Source of the DNA: Candidatus Lloydbacteria bacterium RIFCSPHIGHO2_02_FULL_50_18
GTDB lineage: Bacteria > Patescibacteriota > Minisyncoccia > Phycocordibacterales > UBA6899
DNA: 64,000 nucleotides
NCBI GenBank assembly: GCA_001821395.1
Contig: MHLM01000001.1
Span: forward strand, 32,001-96,000
Reading direction: 5' to 3'
Below, piece by piece: positions 19,286 to 29,262 of the stretch. Positions within the stretch are counted from its first letter, which is position 1; each line of letters starts with the position of its first letter. The position numbers were made by a program, and so were the translations under genes. The notes below the pieces were generated by a model. That model searched no databases. It worked only from the letters and a program-made list of their open reading frames with translations, and was not told the origin of the DNA.

Positions 19286-20482
19286 ATGTCGCTATTTCGC
19301 AGTAATAACAAAAACGGGCAGCACTTCATCATTATTTTCGACATTGGAAGCGCTTCGATTGGCGGTGCATTTGTAAGTATCGATTCGACTCGCACACCCG
19401 AGATCATTTTTTCTATACGTAAAGATATCCCATTTCAGGAAAAACTGAGTTTTGAGCGTTTTTTGGCCTCGATGATAACAACGTTAAAAGAGATGTTTGA
19501 GGTCATGCAAAAGGCTGGTGGGGGAGTAAAAGTAGATCAGGCATTCTGCATCCTTGCGTCGCCTTGGTATGCCTCTCAAACAAGACTCGTGCACTACAAT
19601 CAACCGACTCCATTCTTGGTCACCGAGAAGGGTCTCTCAAAGCTCATTCAAAAAGAGATCAGGCTGTTCAGGGACTCAAAGTTGTTTGAACACGCAAGTA
19701 TCGACAATGTGCTCCCCGAGATCATGGAATCAAAAAGTATCCAGATCAAACTTAACGGATATGAAGTGAGCGATCCCTACGGCAAGCGCGCATCGGAGCT
19801 GGAGATCGCTTTGTACATCAGCATGATCCCTTCAAATATCTTTTCATCGATCAGGGGTGCCATCACGAAATTTTGGCATTTACCCGATGTGCATTTTTCA
19901 TCATTTTCTTTGACTGCTTTTGATACCATTCGCGGCATCTTCGTCGACGAATCAAGTTTTTTGTTCATGGATATCTCAGGAGAAGTGACCGACATTTCGC
20001 TTGCGAGGGACAATGTGCTGCTCGAATCCATTTCGTTCCCCGCAGGAAAGAACATGCTTATTCGCGGGATCATCAAGGGGATGCACTCGACACCGACGGC
20101 GGCGGCTTCTGAAATGAAACTTTATTTGGAGGGAAAGTCCACACACGAGCATGCGAAGCAGATCGAGGAGATCCTCAGTGCGGAAACAAAAGAATGGAGG
20201 ATATTCTTTGAAGACGCCCTTGCTCAATTCGCATCAGAATTTCCAATTCCGAGAACAATCTTTTATACTGCTGATGATGATGTCACAAAGTGGTTCGAGG
20301 GTGCGATCCGTGAGGCAAATTTTATGCGTTTTTCACAAGAGGAAGGGCAATTCTTGGTACGTTCGCTCGGCAATGCATTCTTAAGCAAGTTCATTCAAGT
20401 GCTTGAACCTGACTTTCAAGACCCATTTTTGGCGATCGAGACGATATTTGCGAATAAGGTTACTACATTATCAAAAAAATAA
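19286..20482 (+). CDS. Actin-like ATPase (FtsA/PilM-like ASKHA fold), hypothetical
   Basis: Phosphate-1 motif (FIIIFDIGSASIGG), a second-domain motif (FMDISGEVTDISLA) and …ISFPAGKNMLIRGI. It cannot be assigned to FtsA or PilM. Confidence 0.6.
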   Translation: MSLFRSNNKNGQHFIIIFDIGSASIGGAFVSIDSTRTPEIIFSIRKDIPFQEKLSFERFLASMITTLKEMFEVMQKAGGGVKVDQAFCILASPWYASQTRLVHYNQPTPFLVTEKGLSKLIQKEIRLFRDSKLFEHASIDNVLPEIMESKSIQIKLNGYEVSDPYGKRASELEIALYISMIPSNIFSSIRGAITKFWHLPDVHFSSFSLTAFDTIRGIFVDESSFLFMDISGEVTDISLARDNVLLESISFPAGKNMLIRGIIKGMHSTPTAAASEMKLYLEGKSTHEHAKQIEEILSAETKEWRIFFEDALAQFASEFPIPRTIFYTADDDVTKWFEGAIREANFMRFSQEEGQFLVRSLGNAFLSKFIQVLEPDFQDPFLAIETIFANKVTTLSKK

Positions 20483-20491
20483 TTCATCAGT

Positions 20492-22096
20492 ATGGCGAAA
20501 TATTTAATTCAAGACATTATTCCTCCGGAAAAGCATACCCATAGAGGTGATGGCGATAATACAATTCATCACAAAGCCCCGGAGAAACCGCGTGCCCATA
20601 CGACACATAAGGCGGTCATGCATACTGCAACACATCCTGGAAAAAAGGAGGTCCATGAGTCGGTACATGAGGAGGAAATGCCAACTGAAAACCATGAGCC
20701 AGTGGTGGTCGAGGATCCAAAGGAGATGCTCATTGAGCAATTGAATTCTCCGGAAATCGAAGAAAGAGCGGTCGAAGATGAGGTTCCTCATTCGCAAAAT
20801 TATTTCTCGAGCGTGAAGGACACAGTAACCCCTGCTGCGACTTGGCCGTACGGGCAGAGCAGAGAAAGCACCGGGGCATACGTTCCGCCACGGTCTAGCG
20901 TGAATTTTGGCGGTGGAAGAGGGGGGTCTGGCGAGCGATCTTCTTGGAAGAGAGGGTGGATACCATGGATACTTGGCATCGCACTTGTTTCCGTTGTGTT
21001 TGTGCTCGGGATGAATTATTTTTCGGGTGCTACTGTTACCGTATTGCCAAAGCAGGACAGCATACCAATGGACCAGAAGATAACTATCCTCAAAAATCCG
21101 CTGAATAGCGAATTGCCGTACTCGGTCATGAAGGTCTTTCTGGAAGAGACGCGTGAAGTTCCCGCAACAGGAGAAAAAACGGTCACCGCGAAAGCTTCGG
21201 GGAAGATCATTGTGTACAATACGCAGACAGTTTCACAGCGTCTTATAAAGAATACGCGTTTTCAGAGTCCTGCAGGTAAGATCTATCGTATCAGCGATTC
21301 GATCAATGTTCCAAAGGCCGTTACGTTGAATGGAAAGACGACACCCGGCAGTTTGGAGGTCACCGTATATGCCGATGAAGCGGGCCCCGATTTCAATACC
21401 GAGCCGGTTGACTTCACTGTTCCCGGCCTCAAGGGGTCGCCGACGTTCACTAAGGTTTACGCACGCTCAAAAGGACCCATAACCGGAGGAGCATCCGGTA
21501 CGATAAAAAGTGTCTCTGATCTTGACCTTAAGCAGGCGAGCGATGATCTCCGCATCCAACTTGAGACAAAGCTGCGCACCAAAGCACGCGGCGATCTTGC
21601 GCCTAATCAGATAGGATATGATCGCGGTATGCTTGTGCAGCTCGAAGACGCAGCGCTCTCGAAGGCTCAATCTTCAAGCCCCGATAAGGCAGTTGTCTCC
21701 CAAACTGGGAACGCGTATTTCCTTGTATTTGATAGAACTGAATTAACACGAGCTATCGTTCGGTCTCTAATTCCAACATACAACAACGAGGAGGTCACGA
21801 TAGGTAATCTTGAGAGCCTCGAACTTGAATTAGCGGAAATGAGTGGCGCCGACCTCTGGAAGAGTGAAAAACTAGATATTGTCCTGCGGGGAACCCCTTC
21901 TCTCGATTGGAAGGTCGACGAGGTCGCGATCAAAACGCTAATACTGGGAAAACCAAAAGAGAATTTCAATGCGCTACTCTCTCAATTTCCGACAATAGAC
22001 CGTGCGAGCGCTACGATCCACCCTGTTTGGAAGCGTTCATTCCCAACGGATGAAAAGGATATCACGATCAAAGTAGTCACAGAAATGCCAAAATAG
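20492..22096 (+). CDS. Bitopic membrane protein of unknown function
   Basis: A roughly 150-aa His- and acidic-rich cytoplasmic N-terminus, a single TM (WIPWILGIALVSVVFVLGMNYF), and a roughly 360-aa extracytoplasmic domain with no recognised fold. Confidence 0.55.
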   Translation: MAKYLIQDIIPPEKHTHRGDGDNTIHHKAPEKPRAHTTHKAVMHTATHPGKKEVHESVHEEEMPTENHEPVVVEDPKEMLIEQLNSPEIEERAVEDEVPHSQNYFSSVKDTVTPAATWPYGQSRESTGAYVPPRSSVNFGGGRGGSGERSSWKRGWIPWILGIALVSVVFVLGMNYFSGATVTVLPKQDSIPMDQKITILKNPLNSELPYSVMKVFLEETREVPATGEKTVTAKASGKIIVYNTQTVSQRLIKNTRFQSPAGKIYRISDSINVPKAVTLNGKTTPGSLEVTVYADEAGPDFNTEPVDFTVPGLKGSPTFTKVYARSKGPITGGASGTIKSVSDLDLKQASDDLRIQLETKLRTKARGDLAPNQIGYDRGMLVQLEDAALSKAQSSSPDKAVVSQTGNAYFLVFDRTELTRAIVRSLIPTYNNEEVTIGNLESLELELAEMSGADLWKSEKLDIVLRGTPSLDWKVDEVAIKTLILGKPKENFNALLSQFPTIDRASATIHPVWKRSFPTDEKDITIKVVTEMPK

Positions 22097-22171
22097 CAGA
22101 TGAATATTTCATTAATTTCACAAAAATAGTGAAAAAGTGTCGATTATGCACAGATTAATTGAAGCATGGGC

Positions 22172-22200
22172 TTGACCGAAGTTAGCGCCTCTGCTAGTAT
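22172..22200 (+). promoter_or_regulatory. Promoter TTGACC-17-TAGTAT upstream of infA
   Basis: Good -35 and -10 boxes with a 17-bp spacer, about 20 nt before ATG 22220. Confidence 0.55.
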
Positions 22201-22219
22201 CTGGACACCCATTTTTGAC

Positions 22220-22438
22220 ATGAGTGACGACAAGCAAAAGGAGTCGACGATCATCGGTACGGTCATCGAAGCTCTCCCAAACACAATGTTTCGTGTCCAG
22301 ACAGAACCTGGACTTGAAGTGCTTGCGTACCTTTCCGGCAAAATGCGTATTCATCGCATAAAGGTTCTCGTAGGTGACAAGGTGTCACTCGAAGATAATC
22401 CTTATGGTGGGAAGTTGAGAATCGTTAAACGAATGTAA
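22220..22438 (+). CDS. infA: Translation initiation factor IF-1
   Basis: S1-like OB fold ([33 protein letters not shown]). Confidence 0.9.
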   Translation: MSDDKQKESTIIGTVIEALPNTMFRVQTEPGLEVLAYLSGKMRIHRIKVLVGDKVSLEDNPYGGKLRIVKRM

Positions 22439-22506
22439 TTTGCATCAAAAGGACCGGTCTTGTACGACGATTATGTCGTATTGAGATTTGTTTTTATCAC
22501 AATAAT

Positions 22507-22620
22507 ATGCGCGTAAGAGCTTCAGTTAAAAAAATTTGTGCGAAATGTAAATCCGTCAAACGCCGGGGGACTATTTACGTCATCTGTGAGAATCCCCGAC
22601 ATAAGCAAAAGCAAGGCTAA
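22507..22620 (+). CDS. rpmJ: 50S ribosomal protein L36 (37 aa; below the ORF-track length cutoff)
   Basis: Translation gives [37 protein letters not shown]. It has the conserved position between infA and rpsM. Confidence 0.85.
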   Translation: MRVRASVKKICAKCKSVKRRGTIYVICENPRHKQKQG

Positions 22621-22632
22621 TTATTTTATTAT

Positions 22633-23013
22633 ATGCGTATCCTTGGTATCACCGTTCCGGAGAATAAACAATTGTGGGTAGGACTCACCGTCTTTTACGG
22701 TATTGGATTTATGACGGCGAAGAAAATTTTAAAAGAGGCCGGTGTTCCTGAGACAAAAAAGCCTGCGGACATATCGACAGAAGAAGAAGCAAAGATCCGT
22801 AAGCAGATTGAAGGAATGACAATCGAGGGTGATCTCAAGCGCGAGAAGGCTGCGAACATTAAGCGCCTTAAAGATATCAAATCATACAGAGGTTCACGTC
22901 ACACGCGCGGACTTCCGTCACGAGGACAGCGCACAAAGACCAATTCCCGTACCGTAAGAGGAAATGTACGAAAGACGATGGGCAGCGGTCGACGCAAGCT
23001 CGAAAAGAAATAA
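22633..23013 (+). CDS. rpsM: 30S ribosomal protein S13
   Basis: MRILGITVPENKQLWVGLTVFYGIG…. Confidence 0.95.
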   Translation: MRILGITVPENKQLWVGLTVFYGIGFMTAKKILKEAGVPETKKPADISTEEEAKIRKQIEGMTIEGDLKREKAANIKRLKDIKSYRGSRHTRGLPSRGQRTKTNSRTVRGNVRKTMGSGRRKLEKK

Positions 23014-23044
23014 TCAATGACATTAACAGCGTAAGCAACGAACA

Positions 23045-23479
23045 ATGGGTAAGAAACGAATAGTCAAAAAGGCGGGAGGCAGCGTAGATCAAGGTCTGAA
23101 AGCGCGGTCACTTTCGCGTGTGCCGAAAAAGAAGATCTCGCATGCGATCCTCAATATCCAGTCAACCTACAACAATACCATCGTCTCGCTTGCGGATTCG
23201 GAAGGAAAGGTGCTTATGTGGTCAACTTCCGGCTCACTCGGATTCAACGGGGCAAAGAAGGGGACTCCGTTCGCAGCCGCAAAGATTGGAGAGCTCCTCG
23301 CAGAAAAGGCGCAATTGATGGGACTGAAGTCTGTAGATGCGATCGTGAAGGGGGTCGGCAGTGGTCGCGAGTCTGCGATCCGCGCGTTCATCGCGAAGGG
23401 GGTTGAGATTACCTCCATCAAGGATAAGACCCCCGTGCCGCATAACGGACCCCGAGCAAAGAAACCCCGCCGCATTTAA
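23045..23479 (+). CDS. rpsK: 30S ribosomal protein S11
   Basis: …WSTSGSLGFNGAKKGTPFAAA…. Confidence 0.95.
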   Translation: MGKKRIVKKAGGSVDQGLKARSLSRVPKKKISHAILNIQSTYNNTIVSLADSEGKVLMWSTSGSLGFNGAKKGTPFAAAKIGELLAEKAQLMGLKSVDAIVKGVGSGRESAIRAFIAKGVEITSIKDKTPVPHNGPRAKKPRRI

Positions 23480-23500
23480 TCCTCACCAATCAAAGAACAT

Positions 23501-24127
23501 ATGTCTGATGCAAAATGTAAAATATGCCGACGTGCAGGAGAAAAACTTTTTTTGAAGGGTGATAAGTGCTTTACCGCAAAATGTATTTTTGAAAAACGTC
23601 CTACCCCTCCCGGAAAACCGATCAGTGAGCGCAAGCACCGCAGTATGGTGACCGAATACGGCACACAGCTGAAAGAGAAGCAGAAGATTCGCAATACCTA
23701 TGGTGTTTCGGAAAAGCAATTCCGTACCTATGTTATCAACTCGACCAGCGAGAAGGGTTCCCCGGTTGACCATTTATTTGAGAACCTAGAACGTCGTCTT
23801 GATAATGTCGTCTACCGACTTGGCTATGCCGTTAATCGTACTCAGGCCCGCCAAATGGTCTCTCACGGTCATTTCGTTATCGGAAAAAGGAAGATTACCA
23901 TCCCGTCATATCGCGTATCCACCGGAGAGGTGATCGTCGTTCGTGAGGGAAGTAGGAAATCTCCACTTTTCACTGGTGCATCCGAGAAATTATCGAAGCA
24001 TTCCGCACCCGCGTGGCTTTCAACCGATCCTGTCAAACTCACTGCTGAAGTTAAGGGTGTACCAAAGTACAGTAAAGACGCACTCAGCTTTAACGTTCAA
24101 TCCGTAATTGAGTTCTACAGTCGCTAG
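23501..24127 (+). CDS. rpsD: 30S ribosomal protein S4
   Basis: N-terminal zinc-ribbon-like KCKICRRAGEKLFLKGDKC and an S4 domain. Confidence 0.95.
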   Translation: MSDAKCKICRRAGEKLFLKGDKCFTAKCIFEKRPTPPGKPISERKHRSMVTEYGTQLKEKQKIRNTYGVSEKQFRTYVINSTSEKGSPVDHLFENLERRLDNVVYRLGYAVNRTQARQMVSHGHFVIGKRKITIPSYRVSTGEVIVVREGSRKSPLFTGASEKLSKHSAPAWLSTDPVKLTAEVKGVPKYSKDALSFNVQSVIEFYSR

Positions 24128-24209
24128 TCGTTGAAGTAGAAGTATTGTATAATGTTTTGTCGAGGATCTATCAAAAGCTATCGTTATTAAGCCATAATCG
24201 CCAATTGCC

Positions 24210-25184
24210 ATGCCTGACTACAATGTCGCGTTGCCATCGAAGCCAAAACCTATCCGCGAGGAGGGTTCTATGGGAGTGTACGAGATAGAGGGACTTTACC
24301 CGGGTTACGGTCATACGCTCGGAAACTCTCTGCGCCGTATCATCCTTTCTTCGCTTCCCGGTGCTGCGCTTACATCACTGAAGATTGATGGCGTTTTGCA
24401 CGAATTTTCCACGATCGAAGGGATCAAGGAGGACGTCATAACGTTGATCCTTAATCTGAAAAAAGTACGCATCAAGATGCTTACCGATGAGCCCCAGACC
24501 ATCACGCTTTCGCTCAAGGGCGCAAAGAAGGTGACCGCCGGAGATATCACGATCAACGGTCAGGTGGAGATATTGAATCCTGAGCAATACATCTGTGAAA
24601 TGACCGATAAGAATGCGGTTGTGAATGCAGAGATGAAAGTTGAAAAAGGACTCGGCTATCTTGCAAAGGAGTCGATTCAGAAGGAGAAGGTTGAGATCGG
24701 AACGATCGCGCTTGATGCGGCATTTACCCCTATTCGACGAGTCAATTACGAAGTGGAGACGATGCGTGTTGGAGATCGCACTGATTACAATCGTCTGAAG
24801 ATCACAATCGAGACCGATGGAACACTCACTCCGCGCTCGGCTGTTGAGAACGCTATTGAGATCATGATTCATCAGTTGAAAGCGATCATCGGATTCAAGG
24901 AAGAGGAACTGATCAAGGAAGAGGTTCACGAGGTCACGGAGGAGTCCCATGAATCGACGGAGGGTGAGGGTGGAGTGGATACGGAGTTCTTGAAAACTCG
25001 CATCGACTCGCTTGATCTTTCTGCCCGAACCCAGAACGCACTCACCGGAGCAAATATCCGTACCGTAGGAGGGCTTGTTCGTAAAAAGGAAGAGGATCTC
25101 ATGGACCTCGACGGACTCGGAGAGAAAGGAGTCCAGGAGATCAAGCGCGCCCTATCGAACTTCGGCGTCACCCTAAAACAATAA
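24210..25184 (+). CDS. rpoA: DNA-directed RNA polymerase alpha subunit
   Basis: Alpha N-terminal domain and C-terminal domain, joined by an acidic linker. Confidence 0.95.
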   Translation: MPDYNVALPSKPKPIREEGSMGVYEIEGLYPGYGHTLGNSLRRIILSSLPGAALTSLKIDGVLHEFSTIEGIKEDVITLILNLKKVRIKMLTDEPQTITLSLKGAKKVTAGDITINGQVEILNPEQYICEMTDKNAVVNAEMKVEKGLGYLAKESIQKEKVEIGTIALDAAFTPIRRVNYEVETMRVGDRTDYNRLKITIETDGTLTPRSAVENAIEIMIHQLKAIIGFKEEELIKEEVHEVTEESHESTEGEGGVDTEFLKTRIDSLDLSARTQNALTGANIRTVGGLVRKKEEDLMDLDGLGEKGVQEIKRALSNFGVTLKQ

Positions 25185-25219
25185 TAGCGATTAACCAGTA
25201 GTCATTACCAAACACGCGT

Positions 25220-25579
25220 ATGAGACATCACAACAAAAACAAGAAATTCGGACGACAGGCAGGAGTACGTGAGGCACTCATGCGCTCTTTGGTGCTTTCG
25301 CTCTTGACGCATGAGAAGATAATGACTTCAGAGGCAAAGGCTAAGGCGCTTCGACCAATGGTTGAAAAGATGATCACCAAGGCTCGTGAGGGCGGAATAC
25401 CGGTGGTTCGTCTCATCAAGTCACGTCTGTACAACAACACCGATATCACCAACAAGCTCGTGAAGGAGATCGCCCCAAGATACAAAGACCGAAAGGGAGG
25501 ATATACGCGTATCACGAAGATCGGTTCACGAAGCGGCCGTGGTGATGCAAGTCCGCTTGCGACGATCGAACTTATTTAA
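25220..25579 (+). CDS. rplQ: 50S ribosomal protein L17
   Basis: MRHHNKNKKFGRQAGVREALMRSL…. Confidence 0.95.
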   Translation: MRHHNKNKKFGRQAGVREALMRSLVLSLLTHEKIMTSEAKAKALRPMVEKMITKAREGGIPVVRLIKSRLYNNTDITNKLVKEIAPRYKDRKGGYTRITKIGSRSGRGDASPLATIELI

Positions 25580-25604
25580 TATTTCTTACCAAAAGAACAC
25601 CATC

Positions 25605-25949
25605 ATGGAACATGTCATAGACGCAACAGGAAGAGCTCTCGGACGAGTCGCAAGTGAAGCGGCGTCGGTACTTTTGGCTAAGAACACCACTTCTGGCGCG
25701 AAGAACGTCGTTGCAAACGTCACCGTGCGAGTGAAGAACGCAAGCGCGCTCTCGATCTCAGACAAAAAGATGAAGCAAAAGACCTATCATAGCCATAGTG
25801 GCTACCTTGGTAGTGATCGGGCACTTACGCTTAGTCATATCATTGAAAAAAAGGGTCACGGAGAAGCGATCATTCGCGCAGTGAAAGGAATGCTCCCAAC
25901 AAATACACTACGGGACAAGAGGCTTAAACATTTAATTATTGAAGACTAA
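25605..25949 (+). CDS. rplM: 50S ribosomal protein L13
   Basis: MEHVIDATGRALGRVASEAASVL…. Start set at ATG 25605. Confidence 0.9.
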   Translation: MEHVIDATGRALGRVASEAASVLLAKNTTSGAKNVVANVTVRVKNASALSISDKKMKQKTYHSHSGYLGSDRALTLSHIIEKKGHGEAIIRAVKGMLPTNTLRDKRLKHLIIED

Positions 25950-25953
25950 ACGT

Positions 25954-26415
25954 ATGCCAACAGCAGCAACACCAAAACCAAAGGCAGCAGCAAAGCCCGC
26001 AACGAAGGCGGCTGCGAAGGGTACCGCAAGATACATTGAAGCAGTGGGTCGCCGAAAGACCGCTATCGCTCGTGTTCGGGCAACGGAATCTTCAAAGAAC
26101 TCATTCAAGATCAATGACCGTACTCTTGAGAGCTATTTTGGCACAATGGAACTTCAGTCAATTGTGAACGCGCCGCTTGATCGCGAAGGATTCGTCGTGA
26201 AGTATGCGGTGACCGTCAAGGTCGTCGGAGGGGGAACACACGCTCAGGCAGAGGCAATCCGCCACGGTCTTTCCCGTATCATCGTTATGGAGGATGCGGA
26301 ACAGAAGGCAGAGCTCAAGAAACTCGGATTCATCAGACGCGACCCTCGTAAGGCAGAGCGCAAGCATTTCGGGCTCAAGAAGGCTCGCAAGGCGTCACAG
26401 TGGAGTAAGCGTTAA
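25954..26415 (+). CDS. rpsI: 30S ribosomal protein S9 with a Lys/Ala/Pro-rich N-terminal extension
   Basis: …GGGTHAQAEAIRHGLSRII…RRDPRKAERKHFGLKKARKASQWSKR. Start set at ATG 25954. Confidence 0.9.
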   Translation: MPTAATPKPKAAAKPATKAAAKGTARYIEAVGRRKTAIARVRATESSKNSFKINDRTLESYFGTMELQSIVNAPLDREGFVVKYAVTVKVVGGGTHAQAEAIRHGLSRIIVMEDAEQKAELKKLGFIRRDPRKAERKHFGLKKARKASQWSKR

Positions 26416-26437
26416 TACACAGCGTATTTTATCGAAG

Positions 26438-26465
26438 AACTCCTCAAAAAGGAGTTTTTTGATTT
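26438..26465 (+). terminator. Rho-independent terminator after the ribosomal-protein cluster
   Basis: Hairpin aactcct-caaaa-aggagtt followed by ttttttgatttt. Confidence 0.8.
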
Positions 26466-26496
26466 TCATTATTTTTTTTGCTACACTCAACACATT

Positions 26497-27135
26497 ATGG
26501 ACGATAAACAACAAACTGGTTCTGACGACCGCACGACGCAAGACTTTCCATTAGGTGGAGGGGTAGATATCGTCGGAAGCGATGACGTTGCCGACGATGT
26601 ACAGATAGAATCATACAATGACGACGTAGACGGAGGCGGAGAAATGACTCCTCGTGATCACATCAAGCTGTTGCGCGAGAAACTGCGCGAGTCGAACGCG
26701 TTAAAACAAGAGTACCTCGACGGATGGCAGCGGCTAAAAGCGGACTGCGTCAATTACAAAAAGCGTGAAGAAGAGGGGAAGGGAGAATTCCTCAAATTCG
26801 CCCGCGAAGGAATCATTACCGACCTGCTTCCGGTGTTAGAGAGTTTTCATATGGCATTTTCGAACAAGGAAGCATGGGGTAAAGTTGACCCCTCCTGGAG
26901 GACTGGCGTTGAGTACATTCACACCCAATTGCTGCAAGTGCTTGCGGGGCACGGCCTCACTCAAGTGGACCCTATCGGTGCCGTATTTGACCCAAATGAG
27001 CATACTTCTATCGGAACGGTGCCGACAGATGATTCGTCGCTTGATCACAAGGTGGCGGAGGTAGCACAGTTGGGGTACCGACTTTCCGGCAAGCTGATCC
27101 GATCTCCAAGAGTGAAAATTTATACCCAAGGATAA
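26497..27135 (+). CDS. grpE: Nucleotide exchange factor GrpE
   Basis: GrpE coiled-coil and beta domain (DYLDGWQRLKADCVNYKKR…ITDLLPVLESF). Confidence 0.9.
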   Translation: MDDKQQTGSDDRTTQDFPLGGGVDIVGSDDVADDVQIESYNDDVDGGGEMTPRDHIKLLREKLRESNALKQEYLDGWQRLKADCVNYKKREEEGKGEFLKFAREGIITDLLPVLESFHMAFSNKEAWGKVDPSWRTGVEYIHTQLLQVLAGHGLTQVDPIGAVFDPNEHTSIGTVPTDDSSLDHKVAEVAQLGYRLSGKLIRSPRVKIYTQG

Positions 27136-27237
27136 CATCATGCAACCTTTTGGAGAAAGCGCAAGTAACAGTGTGTACTCAACGTAATGTTCAAGTTTAT
27201 TTAGCAATACTATTCATAAGCTCACATTCAAACATAT

Positions 27238-29127
27238 ATGGCAAAAGTACTCGGAATTGACTTAGGAACGACAAATTCAGCAATGGCGATCGTCGAAGCG
27301 GGAGAGCCGAAGATCGTCGAAAATATCGAAGGTGTACGAACGACGCCGTCTATTGTCGCACTCTCGAAAACAGGGGAGCGCTTGGTCGGTTTGACCGCAA
27401 AACGTCAGGCGGTAACAAATCCTGAGAACACGCTTTATGAGATAAAGCGCTTGATCGGACATAGCTTCGAAGAGGAGTCTGTGCAGCGTGATCAAAAAGT
27501 AGTCCCGTTCAAGATCGAACAGGGAGACAACAATGGTGTAAAGGTAAAGATGGGCGACAAGTCTTTCCGCCCTGAAGAGATCTCTGCAATGGTGCTTTCG
27601 AAATTGAAGGCTGACGCGGAAGCAAAGCTCGGCGAAACGATCACCGATGCCGTCATTACTGTTCCGGCATACTTCAACGATGCACAGCGTCAGGCGACCA
27701 AAGATGCCGGTACGATTGCGGGCTTCAATGTCCTTCGTATCATCAATGAACCCACTGCGGCGGCACTTGCATACGGCTTTGATAAGAAAAAGAACGAGAA
27801 GATCGTTGTGTACGATTTTGGCGGCGGAACGTTCGACGTTTCGGTACTTGAGGTTGGTGACGATGTGATCGAGGTCAAATCGACCGACGGTGATAGTCAC
27901 ATGGGTGGAGGTGATATCGACCAAAAGATCATGGCGTGGATCGTTTCAGAGTTTAAGAAGGAATCCGGGATCGACGTATCAAAAGACATGCTTGCGACAC
28001 AGCGCCTGAAGGAGGCTGCGGAGAAGACGAAACACGAGCTATCAAATATTCCGGAATCAGAGATCAATATCCCGTTCATTACCTCAAACGCCGACGGGCC
28101 AAAGCATTTGTTGCTGAAGATGTCGCGTGCCAAACTCGAAGAACTCGCGATGGAGTATGTCGATCGATCGATCGAGATCACCAAGCGTGCGCTTGATGCG
28201 TCCGGACTCAAGGTGGGGGACATCAATGAGATACTTCTTGTCGGTGGACAGACGCGCATGCCGCTCATGATCGCACGAGTAAAGGAGCTCTTCGGAAAGG
28301 AGCCAAATCGTACGATCAATCCGGACGAAGTCGTCGCTGTTGGCGCAGCGATCCAAGGAGGGATATTGAAGGGTGACGTGAAAGATATACTTTTGCTTGA
28401 TGTCATTCCACTTTCATTCGGAATCGAAACCATGGGTGGCATTGCTACGAAGCTGATCGAACGAAACACAACGATTCCCGCGTCGCGCTCTCAGATATTT
28501 TCAACGGCAGCAGATAATCAAACTTCAGTCGAAGTGCACGTCTACCAAGGTGAGCGCGGAATGGCCGCAGACAATAAGTCGCTTGGCCGGTTCATTCTTG
28601 ATGGTATTCCACCCGCACCGCGCGGAATGCCTCAGGTTGAGGTGACCTTTGACGTGGACGTTAACGGAATTCTCTCAGTGAAGGCTAAAGATAAAACATC
28701 AGGAAAGGAACAATCGATCCGTATCGAAGCACGCTCATCATTGTCCAAAGATGATATCGAACGCATGAAGAAAGAAGCTGAGGTTCATGCTGATGATGAC
28801 AAAAAGAAACAGGAGGCGGTTGAAGTAAAAAATATCGCTGAGACCCTCGTCTACACTGCAGAAAAAGCACTCAAAGATAACGGGGATAAAATTCCCGCTG
28901 ACATTAAGGCTGACGTCGAGGTAAAGATCGCTGAAGTCAAAAATGTCAAAGATGGTACCGATGTGGAGGCGACAAAGAAGGCAACCGAAGAGCTTTCCTC
29001 GCATATGCAGAAGATCGGCGAAGCAATGGCAAAACAAGCCAGTACCACGGAAGGTGCACCGCAGACACCACCGGAGGGCGGCGAGGCGGCGGGAACTGCA
29101 CCCGAAGGCACCGTGCACGACGTCTAG
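27238..29127 (+). CDS. dnaK: Chaperone DnaK (Hsp70)
   Basis: [15 protein letters not shown]…[14 protein letters not shown]… across the full length. Confidence 0.97.
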   Translation: MAKVLGIDLGTTNSAMAIVEAGEPKIVENIEGVRTTPSIVALSKTGERLVGLTAKRQAVTNPENTLYEIKRLIGHSFEEESVQRDQKVVPFKIEQGDNNGVKVKMGDKSFRPEEISAMVLSKLKADAEAKLGETITDAVITVPAYFNDAQRQATKDAGTIAGFNVLRIINEPTAAALAYGFDKKKNEKIVVYDFGGGTFDVSVLEVGDDVIEVKSTDGDSHMGGGDIDQKIMAWIVSEFKKESGIDVSKDMLATQRLKEAAEKTKHELSNIPESEINIPFITSNADGPKHLLLKMSRAKLEELAMEYVDRSIEITKRALDASGLKVGDINEILLVGGQTRMPLMIARVKELFGKEPNRTINPDEVVAVGAAIQGGILKGDVKDILLLDVIPLSFGIETMGGIATKLIERNTTIPASRSQIFSTAADNQTSVEVHVYQGERGMAADNKSLGRFILDGIPPAPRGMPQVEVTFDVDVNGILSVKAKDKTSGKEQSIRIEARSSLSKDDIERMKKEAEVHADDDKKKQEAVEVKNIAETLVYTAEKALKDNGDKIPADIKADVEVKIAEVKNVKDGTDVEATKKATEELSSHMQKIGEAMAKQASTTEGAPQTPPEGGEAAGTAPEGTVHDV

Positions 29128-29225
29128 GAGGAAGGAACGGTTAGGGAATAATATCCCTGAAAAGAAAAGTCGGACGCATGTCCGGCTTTTTGTGCTACAA
29201 AAAACGTCAGCATGAATAATATAGC

Positions 29226-29254
29226 TTGTCAAACATCGTCGATATCTGTATAAT
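29226..29254 (+). promoter_or_regulatory. Promoter TTGTCA-17-TATAAT for dnaJ and the downstream operon; near-leaderless
   Basis: The -10 box ends 8 nt before ATG 29263. A weak hairpin plus T-run follows dnaK at about 29170-29195. Confidence 0.65.
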
Positions 29255-29262
29255 GCTCCCGT

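Noticed and set aside
27135-27238. Possible CIRCE (HrcA) operator upstream of dnaK/grpE
   Set aside because: There is a TTAGCA…GCTCA fragment, but it does not form the TTAGCACTC-N9-GAGTGCTAA inverted repeat. No hrcA gene is nearby.
27277-28469. Several long minus-strand ORFs (215, 190, 90 aa) inside dnaK
   Set aside because: These are shadow ORFs antisense to a highly conserved gene. They have low-complexity Ser- and Arg-rich translations and no start or promoter context.
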